Part shown: positions 8,721 to 17,116 of the stretch, one piece after another | Layout of the letters: each line of letters opens with the position of its first letter | Position numbering within the stretch: the stretch's first letter is position 1 | Origin: Wolbachia endosymbiont of Cimex lectularius | GTDB taxonomy: Bacteria; Pseudomonadota; Alphaproteobacteria; Rickettsiales; Anaplasmataceae | Reading direction: 5' to 3' | Length of the DNA: 32,000 bases | Assembly (NCBI RefSeq): GCF_000829315.1 | Contig: NZ_AP013028.1 | Location: 270,001-302,000, forward strand | Program-made: the position numbers and the translations under genes | The notes under the pieces: model-generated | Database searches by the model: none | What the model saw: the letters and a program-made list of their open reading frames with translations, nothing else | Told to the model about the DNA's origin: nothing

Positions 8721-11099
8721 TTAAATATCAACATCATGCACATTTAGTGCATTGGTATTGATAAAATCACGACGTGGTTCGACTATATCGCCCATTAACA
8801 CTGAGAATATAGAATCAGCTTCCTCACAATCTTTTATTTCAACTTTGAGCAAAGTTCTAGTTTCAGGATTGAGTGTGGTCTCCCAAAGTTGATCGGCATT
8901 CATTTCGCCAAGACCCTTAAATCTCTGCAGAGTTAAACCTTTTTTACCATAATCCATTATTATTTTTGCAAGTGCACTCGGAGATTTAATCTTTATTTCA
9001 GTTTCTTGTGACTTTAAAAATGAATCACCATTGAATAAGTCAATTATGTCATCAAGAGAACTCAATATATTTTGTATTTCTTTGCTTTCAAGCATGCTAA
9101 GCGGAAATATGTATTTGTCTGCCAGTCCTTGAAATAACTTAGAGATATACACTTCTCTTTCTTCATCTTTTATTTCTGCTTCCCAATTGTATTCGTTATA
9201 CATTAACTTTAAATATTTCAATATCTCATCAGCAGATGATAGGGCATTCTTTTTGCTTAGAATTAATAGTGACTCCAATAGATTTTGTGGTATTTCCCTG
9301 TCATAATTTTTGCTAATGTTTGAAATACTAAGACATTTATCCAAAACAAAGCGTAAATCTTTGTCTGTACTGCTTAATGTTAATCTTTTAACCGCCGAGT
9401 TTACTATATACTCTTCAAAAGTTTCGTCATCTTTAATGTAAGTATCTTTAGCATTTTTTGTAACTTTATAGAGAGGTGGCTGTGCTATATATAAATACCC
9501 TCTTTCAATTACTTCACGCATATACCGAAAAAAGAAAGTTAGAATTAAAGTTCTTATATGTGAACCATCAACGTCTGCATCTGTCATAATGATAATTTTA
9601 TGATACCTAGTTTTCTCAATATCAAAATGCTCACTTCCTATTCCAGCACCAATTGCCGTAATCAAGGAGCCAATTTCTGCGGATGAAAAAATACGATCTA
9701 AACTTACACGTTCTACGTTTAGAATTTTCCCCCTTAAAGCAAGTACTGCTTGTGTTTTACGATTACGCCCCTGCTTTGCAGTACCGCCTGCAGAATTACC
9801 CTCTACTATAAATAACTCCGATAACTCAGGAACTTTTTCCTGACAATCGGCAAGCTTTCCAGGTAGAGTGGAAATATCAATGGTGTTTTTGTTTTTAACT
9901 AACTCTCGCGCTTTTCTTGCAGCTTCTCTTCCTTTAGCTGATCTGATAGCTCTTTCTACTATACTCGCTGCTAATTTTGGATCAGTTTCAAGTATTGTAC
10001 TTAGCTTATCAGAAACTATGTTTTCTACAACTGTGCGCGCTTCAGAACTGACTAACTTGTCTTTTGTTTGTGAAGAAAACTTAGGGTCAGGCATCTTAAG
10101 AGATAAAACACAGGTTAACCCTTCTCTAACATCTTCTCCAGTCAGATTCACTTTTGCCCTTTTCAAAAACCCTTCGCTAGTTGCATAATTGTTAATACAT
10201 CTAGTTAAGGCAGACCTAAATCCTGCCAAGTGTGTACCACCATCTCGTTGTCTTATATTATTTGTAAAGCACAGCATATTTTCGTAGTAGGAGTCATTCC
10301 ACTCCATTGATACTTCTACGCTGATGCCGAGATCTTTTGTATCGCATCTCATGCTGGCAATTTTGGTAACATGCGTCTTATTTTTATCTAGATATCGCAC
10401 AAAATTTGCTGTACCAAAATTATCTTGAGACTGTTTACTATCATTAAAATGAGACTCTACGTGTGGTTTGTTACGGAGATCACGCAAAGTGATCTCGATA
10501 TTTGAGTTTAAAAATGCTAATTCTCTAATACGACTCTCAAGGGTAGAGTAACTAAAGTCAATACCACTGAAAGTCTCTGTTGATGGCATGAACGTTACTC
10601 TAGTTCCTCTTTTATTTGTATTTTCGTTTACTACCTTTAAAAGCTCAATGGACTCACCATCTTCAAAGCGCATAAAGTGTTCTTTCTTGTTGCGCCAAAT
10701 AGTTAACTCCAGCCAGCTTGATAATGCATTTACAACTGAGATTCCAACACCATGTAATCCACCGGAAACCTTATAGGTATTGCTGTCAAATTTGCCACCT
10801 GCGTGCAGTTGGGTCATTATTACCTCCGCTGCTGATATTCCTTCTTCTTCGTGGATATCAGTTGGAATGCCACGACCATTGTCGGTTACGGATACTGAGC
10901 CATCTTCATTTATGCTAACTTCAATTTTATCACAATACCCAGCTAAAGACTCATCTATCGCATTGTCGACAACCTCATATACCATATGGTGCAAGCCAGA
11001 CCCATCATCAGTATCACCAATGTACATACCTGGACGCTTCCTTACAGCATCAAGGCCTCTTAAGATTTTTATTGCATCAGCGTTGTAATTACTTTCCAT
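8721..11099 (-). CDS. gyrB: DNA gyrase subunit B
   Basis: 792 aa. GHKL ATPase motifs (HHMVYEVVDNAIDE, DNGRGIP, GLHGVG), QTK loop (SSQTKDKL), Toprim (EGNSAGG, DADVDGSHI), C-terminal RFKGLGEMN. Confidence 0.95.
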   Translation of the reverse strand: MESNYNADAIKILRGLDAVRKRPGMYIGDTDDGSGLHHMVYEVVDNAIDESLAGYCDKIEVSINEDGSVSVTDNGRGIPTDIHEEEGISAAEVIMTQLHAGGKFDSNTYKVSGGLHGVGISVVNALSSWLELTIWRNKKEHFMRFEDGESIELLKVVNENTNKRGTRVTFMPSTETFSGIDFSYSTLESRIRELAFLNSNIEITLRDLRNKPHVESHFNDSKQSQDNFGTANFVRYLDKNKTHVTKIASMRCDTKDLGISVEVSMEWNDSYYENMLCFTNNIRQRDGGTHLAGFRSALTRCINNYATSEGFLKRAKVNLTGEDVREGLTCVLSLKMPDPKFSSQTKDKLVSSEARTVVENIVSDKLSTILETDPKLAASIVERAIRSAKGREAARKARELVKNKNTIDISTLPGKLADCQEKVPELSELFIVEGNSAGGTAKQGRNRKTQAVLALRGKILNVERVSLDRIFSSAEIGSLITAIGAGIGSEHFDIEKTRYHKIIIMTDADVDGSHIRTLILTFFFRYMREVIERGYLYIAQPPLYKVTKNAKDTYIKDDETFEEYIVNSAVKRLTLSSTDKDLRFVLDKCLSISNISKNYDREIPQNLLESLLILSKKNALSSADEILKYLKLMYNEYNWEAEIKDEEREVYISKLFQGLADKYIFPLSMLESKEIQNILSSLDDIIDLFNGDSFLKSQETEIKIKSPSALAKIIMDYGKKGLTLQRFKGLGEMNADQLWETTLNPETRTLLKVEIKDCEEADSIFSVLMGDIVEPRRDFINTNALNVHDVDI

Positions 11100-11393
11100 G
11101 GAATTGCTTTATTTATGAATATTAATTAATATTACATTTGTATATGTCGATTAGCAACATTTTTAAACTGAGAGGGGATCTTTGATTGTGGTACATAGGT
11201 ATAAAGCATGCTAGCACCTATATAATGGTAACATCCACTTCCACGCATTGTTTCAATGTACAAGCCCAAATTGAAACAAAATCCTGCTTTATATTTCGAG
11301 ATAAATAGCTATAGTGAACTATCTCGCCATTTGATTTGGGTGTCCCAGTTCAACGTAGGATAGGTTGCTCATACATGTTTTTAATATTTCTTT

Positions 11394-11746
11394 TTATTTA
11401 TCACTATCCAGCTTGCTGCTGAATTTCTGACACTTTTCCTCGAGCGCTGCACGTACAGCGGTAATAAACATTACTGTTTCAGTTGAGAGTTCTGAAGAGC
11501 CTGCAAAGCTCTTCCGAATCGTTTCTTGTTCTCTTTCAGAAATTTTGCTTAGAACTTCCCTAGCTATTACAGGCAACCCTTGAGTGATTGTTTCTTCTAC
11601 CATTTTACTGGCTTCCTTTTCATCTAGCGTGATAACCACTGATGGGTGCAAACCAGATAAAGACTCAAATAGTTTGTTGTAAGTTCCACCAGCACAACTT
11701 TGACCTTTGTTACCATAAGTTGTTGCTGCATCTACAAGACTTCTTA
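11394..11746 (-). pseudogene. hypothetical protein, probable 5'-truncated remnant
   Basis: The reading frame is open from the stop at 11394 up to the IS junction at 11746 (..LRSLVDAATTYGNKGQSCAGGTYNKLFESLSGLHPSVV..). With the IS removed it closes 2 codons inside the adjacent TIR element. The only in-frame starts are TTG 11651 or a later ATG. Confidence 0.4.
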
Positions 11747-12606
11747 GAACCTGTTTAAAATCTTCGTAACAGGAGAGAAATGAAGGAGAGGACTATCATC
11801 TGTAAGCTAGTGTTGAGCTTCCGCTCGCAATTTTTCCACAATCGCCTGCACTTTTCTAACCAGGCAAAAGAGCGTTCAACAACCCATCTTTTTGGCAATA
11901 CGACGAAAGTGTGTAACTCACTTCGCTTTATTACTTCAACAGTCGCACCAATGATAGCTTTTATTTGTGTTGCAAAATTTTCTCCTGTGTAGCCAGCATC
12001 AACCAGTATGTTTTTAACTTCAGAGAGGTTTGCTTTAGCATTTTCGACCATTTTCACAGCACTGCTACGGTCAGTTGCTTCTGCCGTTGTTACATAAATT
12101 GCATGTGGCAAACCTTGTGTATCAACTGCAATATGGCGCTTTATCCCCGAAATCTTTTTACCTGCATCATAGCCTTTTTTTTCAGCAGTATCTGCGTTTT
12201 TAACGCTTTGAGAATCAATTATACAAAAGCTAGTTTTCTCTTTCCGACCATTGCTGATACGGACCTCTCCAACTAATTTTTTTTAAGACTAATTCCAACA
12301 AGCTTGGCTCTTCTCCACTCTTTTTACTCCACACTCAAAAATAGTAATATACGCTTTCCCATCTTGGAAAACCCTTTGGTAACATCCTCCACTGACAACC
12401 ACTTTTTAAGACGTACAACACCCCACAAAATACGTCATACAAATCAAGTTTTCTTGGTTTTGTTTTCTGCTTGCTACTCTCCAAAATTGGCCTGATTTTT
12501 TCAAACTGCTCTTGACTTATATTACTTGGATAACTTTTCTGCATAGACACCTCATTATTAATCTATGCTTACTTTACCTCACATTTCCAAGATTTTAAAC
12601 AGGTTC
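11747..12606 (-). mobile_element. IS5-family insertion sequence, copy A (860 bp), transposase defective
   Basis: Terminal inverted repeats GAACCTGTTTAAAATCTT at both ends. 3-bp direct repeat TTA (11744-11746 / 12607-12609). orfA carries a CGA->TGA nonsense codon at 12335-12337 relative to the other copies. orfA/orfB translation matches a DDE IS5-type transposase (CGVLYVLKSGCQWRMLP; IIDSQSVK; VDAGYTGENF; RWVVERSFAWL). It resembles the Wolbachia element I remember as ISWpi1; that name is unverified. Confidence 0.9.
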
Positions 12607-12609
12607 TTA

Positions 12610-13207
12610 GACACAGCTAGGGTTATTCACGGCATTGTGAATAACCCTGTTGATAACCTGAAGACATAAACTTTTGTCACTTAAGCATTTTTGAGCACTA
12701 ATCTGGCGGCTGTGTTTCTCATATTTTCCATAATGTATATTATGTAATTTCTAATACTAAGGAAACCACTCCCCAACCTTTTAGGCAGCAAATTGTCGAA
12801 CCTCCAGATTAGCACTTAGGAGGAAGTGTTAAAGTGTCACTTTAGGTATTAAATTGTCACTTCAAAAGCACTTAAAATTTTTATCTTTTAGGAAAAAATT
12901 CCCAAGACTACCCCTTATATTGGCTTTTGTTAGGAAAATATTGAAATAGTAACTAAATGTGTAATCTTTTATACGGTTGTACTAGCTTGGCTCTCTCAAT
13001 GGTTGTTTCTTTTCTTTAAAAAATATTAAAATTAATATAACTTTTTAGAGTTATTCACAGCTTTTTTTGTCTCTATTATATTTATAATAGTATTTGGAGA
13101 TCATATATACTATGAATCTTCGAAGTACTCACAGCGCATAAAACTATGTATTCCACTGGGTTATCAACAGGGTTATTCACGGCATTGTGAATAACCCTAG
13201 CTGTGTC
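12610..13207. mobile_element. 598-bp non-coding TIR element (MITE-like) flanked by TA
   Basis: With the flanking TTA/TAA included, 12607-12657 and 13160-13210 are 51-nt inverted repeats that match except for a 6-nt loop. TA lies on both sides (12608-12609, 13208-13209). There is no ORF of 60 codons or more inside. Confidence 0.7.
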
Positions 13208-13274
13208 TAAATAAGAAAATTGGTATCTCGGTGAGAGGCAAGGAAGAAGGTCTTCCCTTCTTCCTTCTACTTAA

Positions 13275-14246
13275 CTATATTCTATAGGCAGGTACCTCGT
13301 TTTGTTCTTGTTCTTGTGCGTTAGTTTCTTCTAGTTTACTTGATACTGCATATGTAATACCACCAGCAATAAGTCCAACTCCCAGCGCAGCAGCTACAAT
13401 TATGCCAGCTATAGCCAATATTGGTAATGCAACACCGGTAGCAAAACATCCAACACCAACTGCCAATCCAGTTACAACACCACAAACACTACCAATTATT
13501 ATTGGTTTATTAGTAGTTTTTGTTGTGCTTTTGTCGTCAAAATCCGTTGAAGGTTGGGACATGTCATCATTTTCTTCTTTTAAAGTCGATGAAACCAATT
13601 GATCATCATCTACCTTTGCTTCATTTTCTATGTCCTTTTCAACTTGAAAAATTTTGTATAGCATATCATAATTTCCAGTTTCTCTTAGAGCAGCCTTCAG
13701 TTCTTTACAACCATCTTCTCCTATAAAGGGCAAAAGCTTTTCCAAGCCAGATAGATCTTTAAGTTTACTAATAATTGCGATAAAACACTTTTTCAAATTA
13801 CCACTTTCTTTGAATGCATTAGACAATATTAGCATCTCTTGTTTTTCTTTAAGTGGCGTCCCATCAAATTCTATAACATTCGGAAACTCTTCAGAGATAA
13901 CTTCTTCATCAGCACATATTATTTCTTCAAATGACATATTTTTCTCTTTCATTGCACCGAAAATAGCTTTCAAGCCTTCCTGACTTTGAATAACCGTAGC
14001 ATATAAAAACAGGTTTCCAGTTGTTTTTTCGCCACTTTTGAACCTTATAATTGTACCATCAGTAATGAGAACTTTTCGTAAATCATCTTTTGAAACTCCT
14101 TGTAGAACGCCAGCAAAGTTACCCGGACTGGTTATTGCGTCCTGTAACTTATCATATAATTTCCGTTGTTCTTCTGTTAAACCAGACACATAGTTACCTC
14201 TATAAATACTCAGTCTAAGTATTACATATTTCAGCAAAAAAGTCAA
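13275..14246 (-). CDS. hypothetical protein with acidic linker and Gly/Ala-rich C-terminal membrane hairpin
   Basis: 323-codon ORF from a TTG start. A more likely start is GTG 14189, preceded by GAGGT (VSGLTEEQRKLYDKL). C-terminus IIIGSVCGVVTGLAVGVGCFATGVALPILAIAGIIVAAALGVGLIAGGITYAV is followed by an acidic tail. Weak ANK-like segments (TGNLFLYATVIQSQEGLKAIF, DGTPLKEKQEMLILSNAF). Confidence 0.6.
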   Translation of the reverse strand: MTFLLKYVILRLSIYRGNYVSGLTEEQRKLYDKLQDAITSPGNFAGVLQGVSKDDLRKVLITDGTIIRFKSGEKTTGNLFLYATVIQSQEGLKAIFGAMKEKNMSFEEIICADEEVISEEFPNVIEFDGTPLKEKQEMLILSNAFKESGNLKKCFIAIISKLKDLSGLEKLLPFIGEDGCKELKAALRETGNYDMLYKIFQVEKDIENEAKVDDDQLVSSTLKEENDDMSQPSTDFDDKSTTKTTNKPIIIGSVCGVVTGLAVGVGCFATGVALPILAIAGIIVAAALGVGLIAGGITYAVSSKLEETNAQEQEQNEVPAYRI

Positions 14247-14299
14247 GGAATGGGCAAGATACTGCGGTATCTACTATCAATAATCACACACGCTCAAAC

Positions 14300-14335
14300 A
14301 AGAAAAAGGTGCCCGTGCTCGAACGGAAACGGCAC
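14300..14335 (-). terminator. rho-independent terminator candidate downstream of 14354-14650
   Basis: On the minus strand, GTGCCG..CGGGCAC stem-loop (14309-14335) followed by CTTTTTCT. Confidence 0.55.
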
Positions 14336-14353
14336 TTACAGCGTCATTTTTCT

Positions 14354-14650
14354 TCAGTAGTTAATTATATACATATCGTCAGGACAAGGTATTCCAAGAC
14401 GATTTCTTTCACACCACCATAGGACACATTCGCTCACTACATCAGCTATATCATCTGAATGATTGATTTCTGTGTGGATCTTTTCAAATTCATCAAATGC
14501 TACATAATGAAAATCTCGATCTTCATTTTCAAGAAAGATATGGTGTTGTCCCACAAATTGATCACAAGCCTGAAATACTTCATCTTTTGCTCTTGTTCTT
14601 ATTGATCCATGAATTGTTGTATTTTGCAGCAGCGCATGTAAATCCGCCAT
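14354..14650 (-). CDS. hypothetical 98-aa acidic protein
   Basis: ATG at 14650 lies 11 nt after the stop of the upstream truncated ORF. No motif recognised. Confidence 0.45.
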   Translation of the reverse strand: MADLHALLQNTTIHGSIRTRAKDEVFQACDQFVGQHHIFLENEDRDFHYVAFDEFEKIHTEINHSDDIADVVSECVLWWCERNRLGIPCPDDMYIINY

Positions 14651-14661
14651 AACCTTATAAC

Positions 14662-14819
14662 CTATACCGTGTTTTCCACTACCACGGCATGTAGTCTATG
14701 TTCGTATTTCCTCAAAAACGCATGAATATCGTGTTCTAACGTAGCAGAATCGAGCTTTCTTGCCAGCAAGTCTATCCATACAGCACACCGTTTTGGTTCA
14801 TATAAAATATCACTCTTCA
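14662..14819 (-). pseudogene. 3' fragment of an unknown gene, truncated by IS copy B
   Basis: Frame open from the IS boundary to TAG 14662-14664 (..KSDILYEPKRCAVWIDLLARKLDSATLEHDIHAFLRKYEHRLHAVVVENTV*). No start codon. Confidence 0.5.
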
Positions 14820-15681
14820 GAACCTGTTTAAAATCTTCGTAACAGGAGAGAAATGAAGGAGAGGACTATCATCTGTAAGCTAGTGTTGAGCTTCCGCTCG
14901 CAATTTTTCCACAATCGCCTGCACTTTTCTAACCAGGCAAAAGAGCGTTCAACAACCCATCTTTTTGGCAATACGACGAAAGTGTGTAACTCACTTCGCT
15001 TTATTACTTCAACAGTCGCACCAATGATAGCTTTTATTTGTGTTGCAAAATTTTCTCCTGTGTAGCCAGCATCAACCAGTATGTTTTTAACTTCAGAGAG
15101 GTTTGCTTTAGCATTTTCGACCATTTTCACAGCACTGCTACGGTCAGTTGCTTCTGCCGTTGTTACATAAATTGCATGTGGCAAACCTTGTGTATCAACT
15201 GCAATATGGCGCTTTATCCCTGAAATCTTTTTACCTGCATCATAGCCTTTTTTTTTTCAGCAGTATCTGCGTTTTTAACGCTTTGAGAATCAATTATACA
15301 AAAGCTAGTTTTCTCTTTCCGACCATTGCTGATACGGACCTCTCCAACTAATTTTTTTTAAGACTAATTCCAACAAGCTTGGCTCTTCTCCATTCTTTTT
15401 ACTCCACACTCGAAAATAGTAATATACGCTTTCCCATCTTGGAAAACCCTTTGGTAACATCCTCCACTGACAACCACTTTTTAAGACGTACAACACCCCA
15501 CAAAATACGTCATACAAATCAAGTTTTCTTGGTTTTGTTTTCTGCTTGCTACTCTCCAAAATTGGCCTGATTTTTTCAAACTGCTCTTGACTTATATTAC
15601 TTGGATAACTTTTCTGCATAGACACCTCATTATTAATCTATGCTTACTTTACCTCACATTTCCAAGATTTTAAACAGGTTC
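14820..15681 (-). mobile_element. IS5-family insertion sequence, copy B (862 bp), frameshifted
   Basis: Same termini as copy A. The second homopolymer is T10 on the + strand (15248-15257), versus 8 in intact copies. Flanking trinucleotides differ (TCA left, TAA right). Confidence 0.9.
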
Positions 15682-15683
15682 TA

Positions 15684-15866
15684 AGATATTTAGCTGTAAA
15701 CCCTTACTTTACTATAAAGAGAATAGTTGAAAACTTAGGTGTTGCATTTACAACAGCCCAAAGAGCAGTCATGAAACTTGAAGATTTAGGCATTGTTTCA
15801 CAAACTTCTGAGGGAAAGAGAGATCGGGTTTACTGTGCAACTGATATTTTGAAGATTTTAGAATAG
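15684..15866 (+). pseudogene. C-terminal winged-helix fragment of a Fic/DOC-type protein
   Basis: Frame open from the IS boundary: RYLAVNPYFTIKRIVENLGVAFTTAQRAVMKLEDLGIVSQTSEGKRDRVYCATDILKILE*. This is the pattern typical of the C-terminal wHTH of Fic-family proteins. No 5' part is present. Confidence 0.5.
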
Positions 15867-15869
15867 CCA

Positions 15870-16363
15870 CTACCTACACCTAACACGTGTCTCAGTGATT
15901 ATGATATCTAATTTTTGGTCATGTTCTTCTATTGGCAGATTTTTGCAATATTGTTTTTCATAAGCTACACCTATAAATATTTTTCCAAGTGGCCGCAGCT
16001 CTTTTATTACCGTGTCATACCAACCACCACCAAAACCCAATCTATTGAGATGATCATCAAAAGCAATAACTGGAGTGATAATCGTGTCGGGGATTATATT
16101 TTTACCTGTTTTGTTCCATTCCTTAAACTTTGGCGACTTGTTTTCATCAGGAATTGCCACTTTATAGCCTAAATTGAGCAAATTATGCATCAAAGGTAAA
16201 ACATTTATCTCTCCATCAATGGAATGTAAGTCGCAATTGTTTTGCCTTTAATGTAACTTAAGTTCTGATTGAAGAGATTAACAAGAGAACTTGCTGCACA
16301 ATTGGAATAACTCTCATCAATATTTTTTTTTATAGCCCTATATTGCTCTCTTATTTTCTTTTT
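15870..16363 (-). pseudogene. 5-formyltetrahydrofolate cyclo-ligase (MTHFS family), frameshifted and lacking a canonical start
   Basis: The C-terminal frame has RLGFGGGWYD and the tail EEHDQKLDIIITE. The N-terminal part (KKKIREQYRAIKKNIDES..GKTIATYIPL) lies in another frame. The junction ccattgatgg (16213-16222) needs one extra nt to read IPLDGEINVLPL. There is no ATG/GTG/TTG at the 5' end. Confidence 0.6.
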
Positions 16364-16370
16364 TTATTGT

Positions 16371-17000
16371 TTAATATCTTTGAACATGGTCTATCCATTT
16401 TGCAGTGAGTTTTTCTTGTAAGCTATTTTGTTTCAAGCGCTCACTTAGAAAATCAAAGTCAACAAGCTCCATATCCTGGTCTTGATTGCTGCAACTATAT
16501 ACATAATTCTCTTCTCCTGTTTTCATATTTACATGCCGCTGCACACACTGAGCGCAGATTTCTTTCATCATACACTGCATGGGAGAGTTGACCGATGATA
16601 TTGCCACGTGGCTAGATTTCAAATATGGTCTTAAAATTGTTTTTCTAGCTTCATTTACGGCCTTCATCATTTTATCAGAACCGATAGTAATAATTTTGTC
16701 TACAGCATCTAAATTAATCGTGTTATCGCCTAATATTCCCCTTTGATAAGAGATTATTGCATCAACTATATTTCCATGAAAGGATTTGTCTTGATCTCTG
16801 TTTGTTTTTATTAATCCTTCCTCGCATGCCCAAACTACCGCACTTGATGCACGTTCTATCAATGCTTGTTTAAATACATCATTTAATTTCCTATAGCCAG
16901 CAAAGTATAAAACCTTATTATTATTTTCAAGACAGGCCTTTCCTATTGAAAACAATACTGCATTTCCAACTCCACCACCAATTAGCATTATGTTTTTCAT
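16371..17000 (-). CDS. PyrK/FNR-like NAD-binding and Fe-S domain protein (N-terminal FAD barrel apparently absent)
   Basis: MKNIMLIGGGVGNA Rossmann-type start. Cys cluster MQCMMKEICAQC...YSCSN resembles the 2Fe-2S motif of the dihydroorotate dehydrogenase electron-transfer subunit family. The track ORF extends to 17027 but would then touch the tRNA. Confidence 0.5.
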   Translation of the reverse strand: MKNIMLIGGGVGNAVLFSIGKACLENNNKVLYFAGYRKLNDVFKQALIERASSAVVWACEEGLIKTNRDQDKSFHGNIVDAIISYQRGILGDNTINLDAVDKIITIGSDKMMKAVNEARKTILRPYLKSSHVAISSVNSPMQCMMKEICAQCVQRHVNMKTGEENYVYSCSNQDQDMELVDFDFLSERLKQNSLQEKLTAKWIDHVQRY

Positions 17001-17026
17001 GTTTTTGTTCTCGCATGCATACGACA

Positions 17027-17113
17027 CGGAAAAGGGGGGATTCGAACCCCCGACATATTTTCATATGTGCACGCTTTCCAAGCGTGTGCTTTAGACCACT
17101 CAGCCACCTTTCC
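17027..17113 (-). tRNA. tRNA-Ser (anticodon GGA)
   Basis: Hand-folded cloverleaf: acceptor GGAAAGG/CTTTTCC (one G-U pair), D-arm GCT-GAGTGGTCTAA-AGC, anticodon arm CACGC-TTGGAAA-GCGTG, long variable arm ACATAT-GAAA-ATATGT, T-arm GGGGG-TTCGAAT-CCCCC, discriminator G. No encoded CCA. Confidence 0.9.
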
Positions 17114-17116
17114 ACA

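Noticed and set aside
9868-11088. Plus-strand ORFs inside gyrB (9868-10188, 10588-10776, 10718-10918, 10780-11088)
   Set aside because: These are antisense shadow ORFs within a confidently identified gene, with low-complexity or odd composition.
11780-12495. Antisense ORFs recurring in every IS copy (70-, 61/103- and 63-aa products)
   Set aside because: They recur only because the IS is repeated. They lie opposite the transposase frames and have implausible composition.
12607-13210. Cluster of DnaA-box-like motifs plus AT-rich DNA near gyrB as the chromosomal replication origin
   Set aside because: The boxes are part of duplicated terminal inverted repeats of a TA-flanked element, which is mobile-element architecture. 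There is no dnaA/dnaN or other known origin-flanking context. Kept only as a curiosity within the MITE finding.
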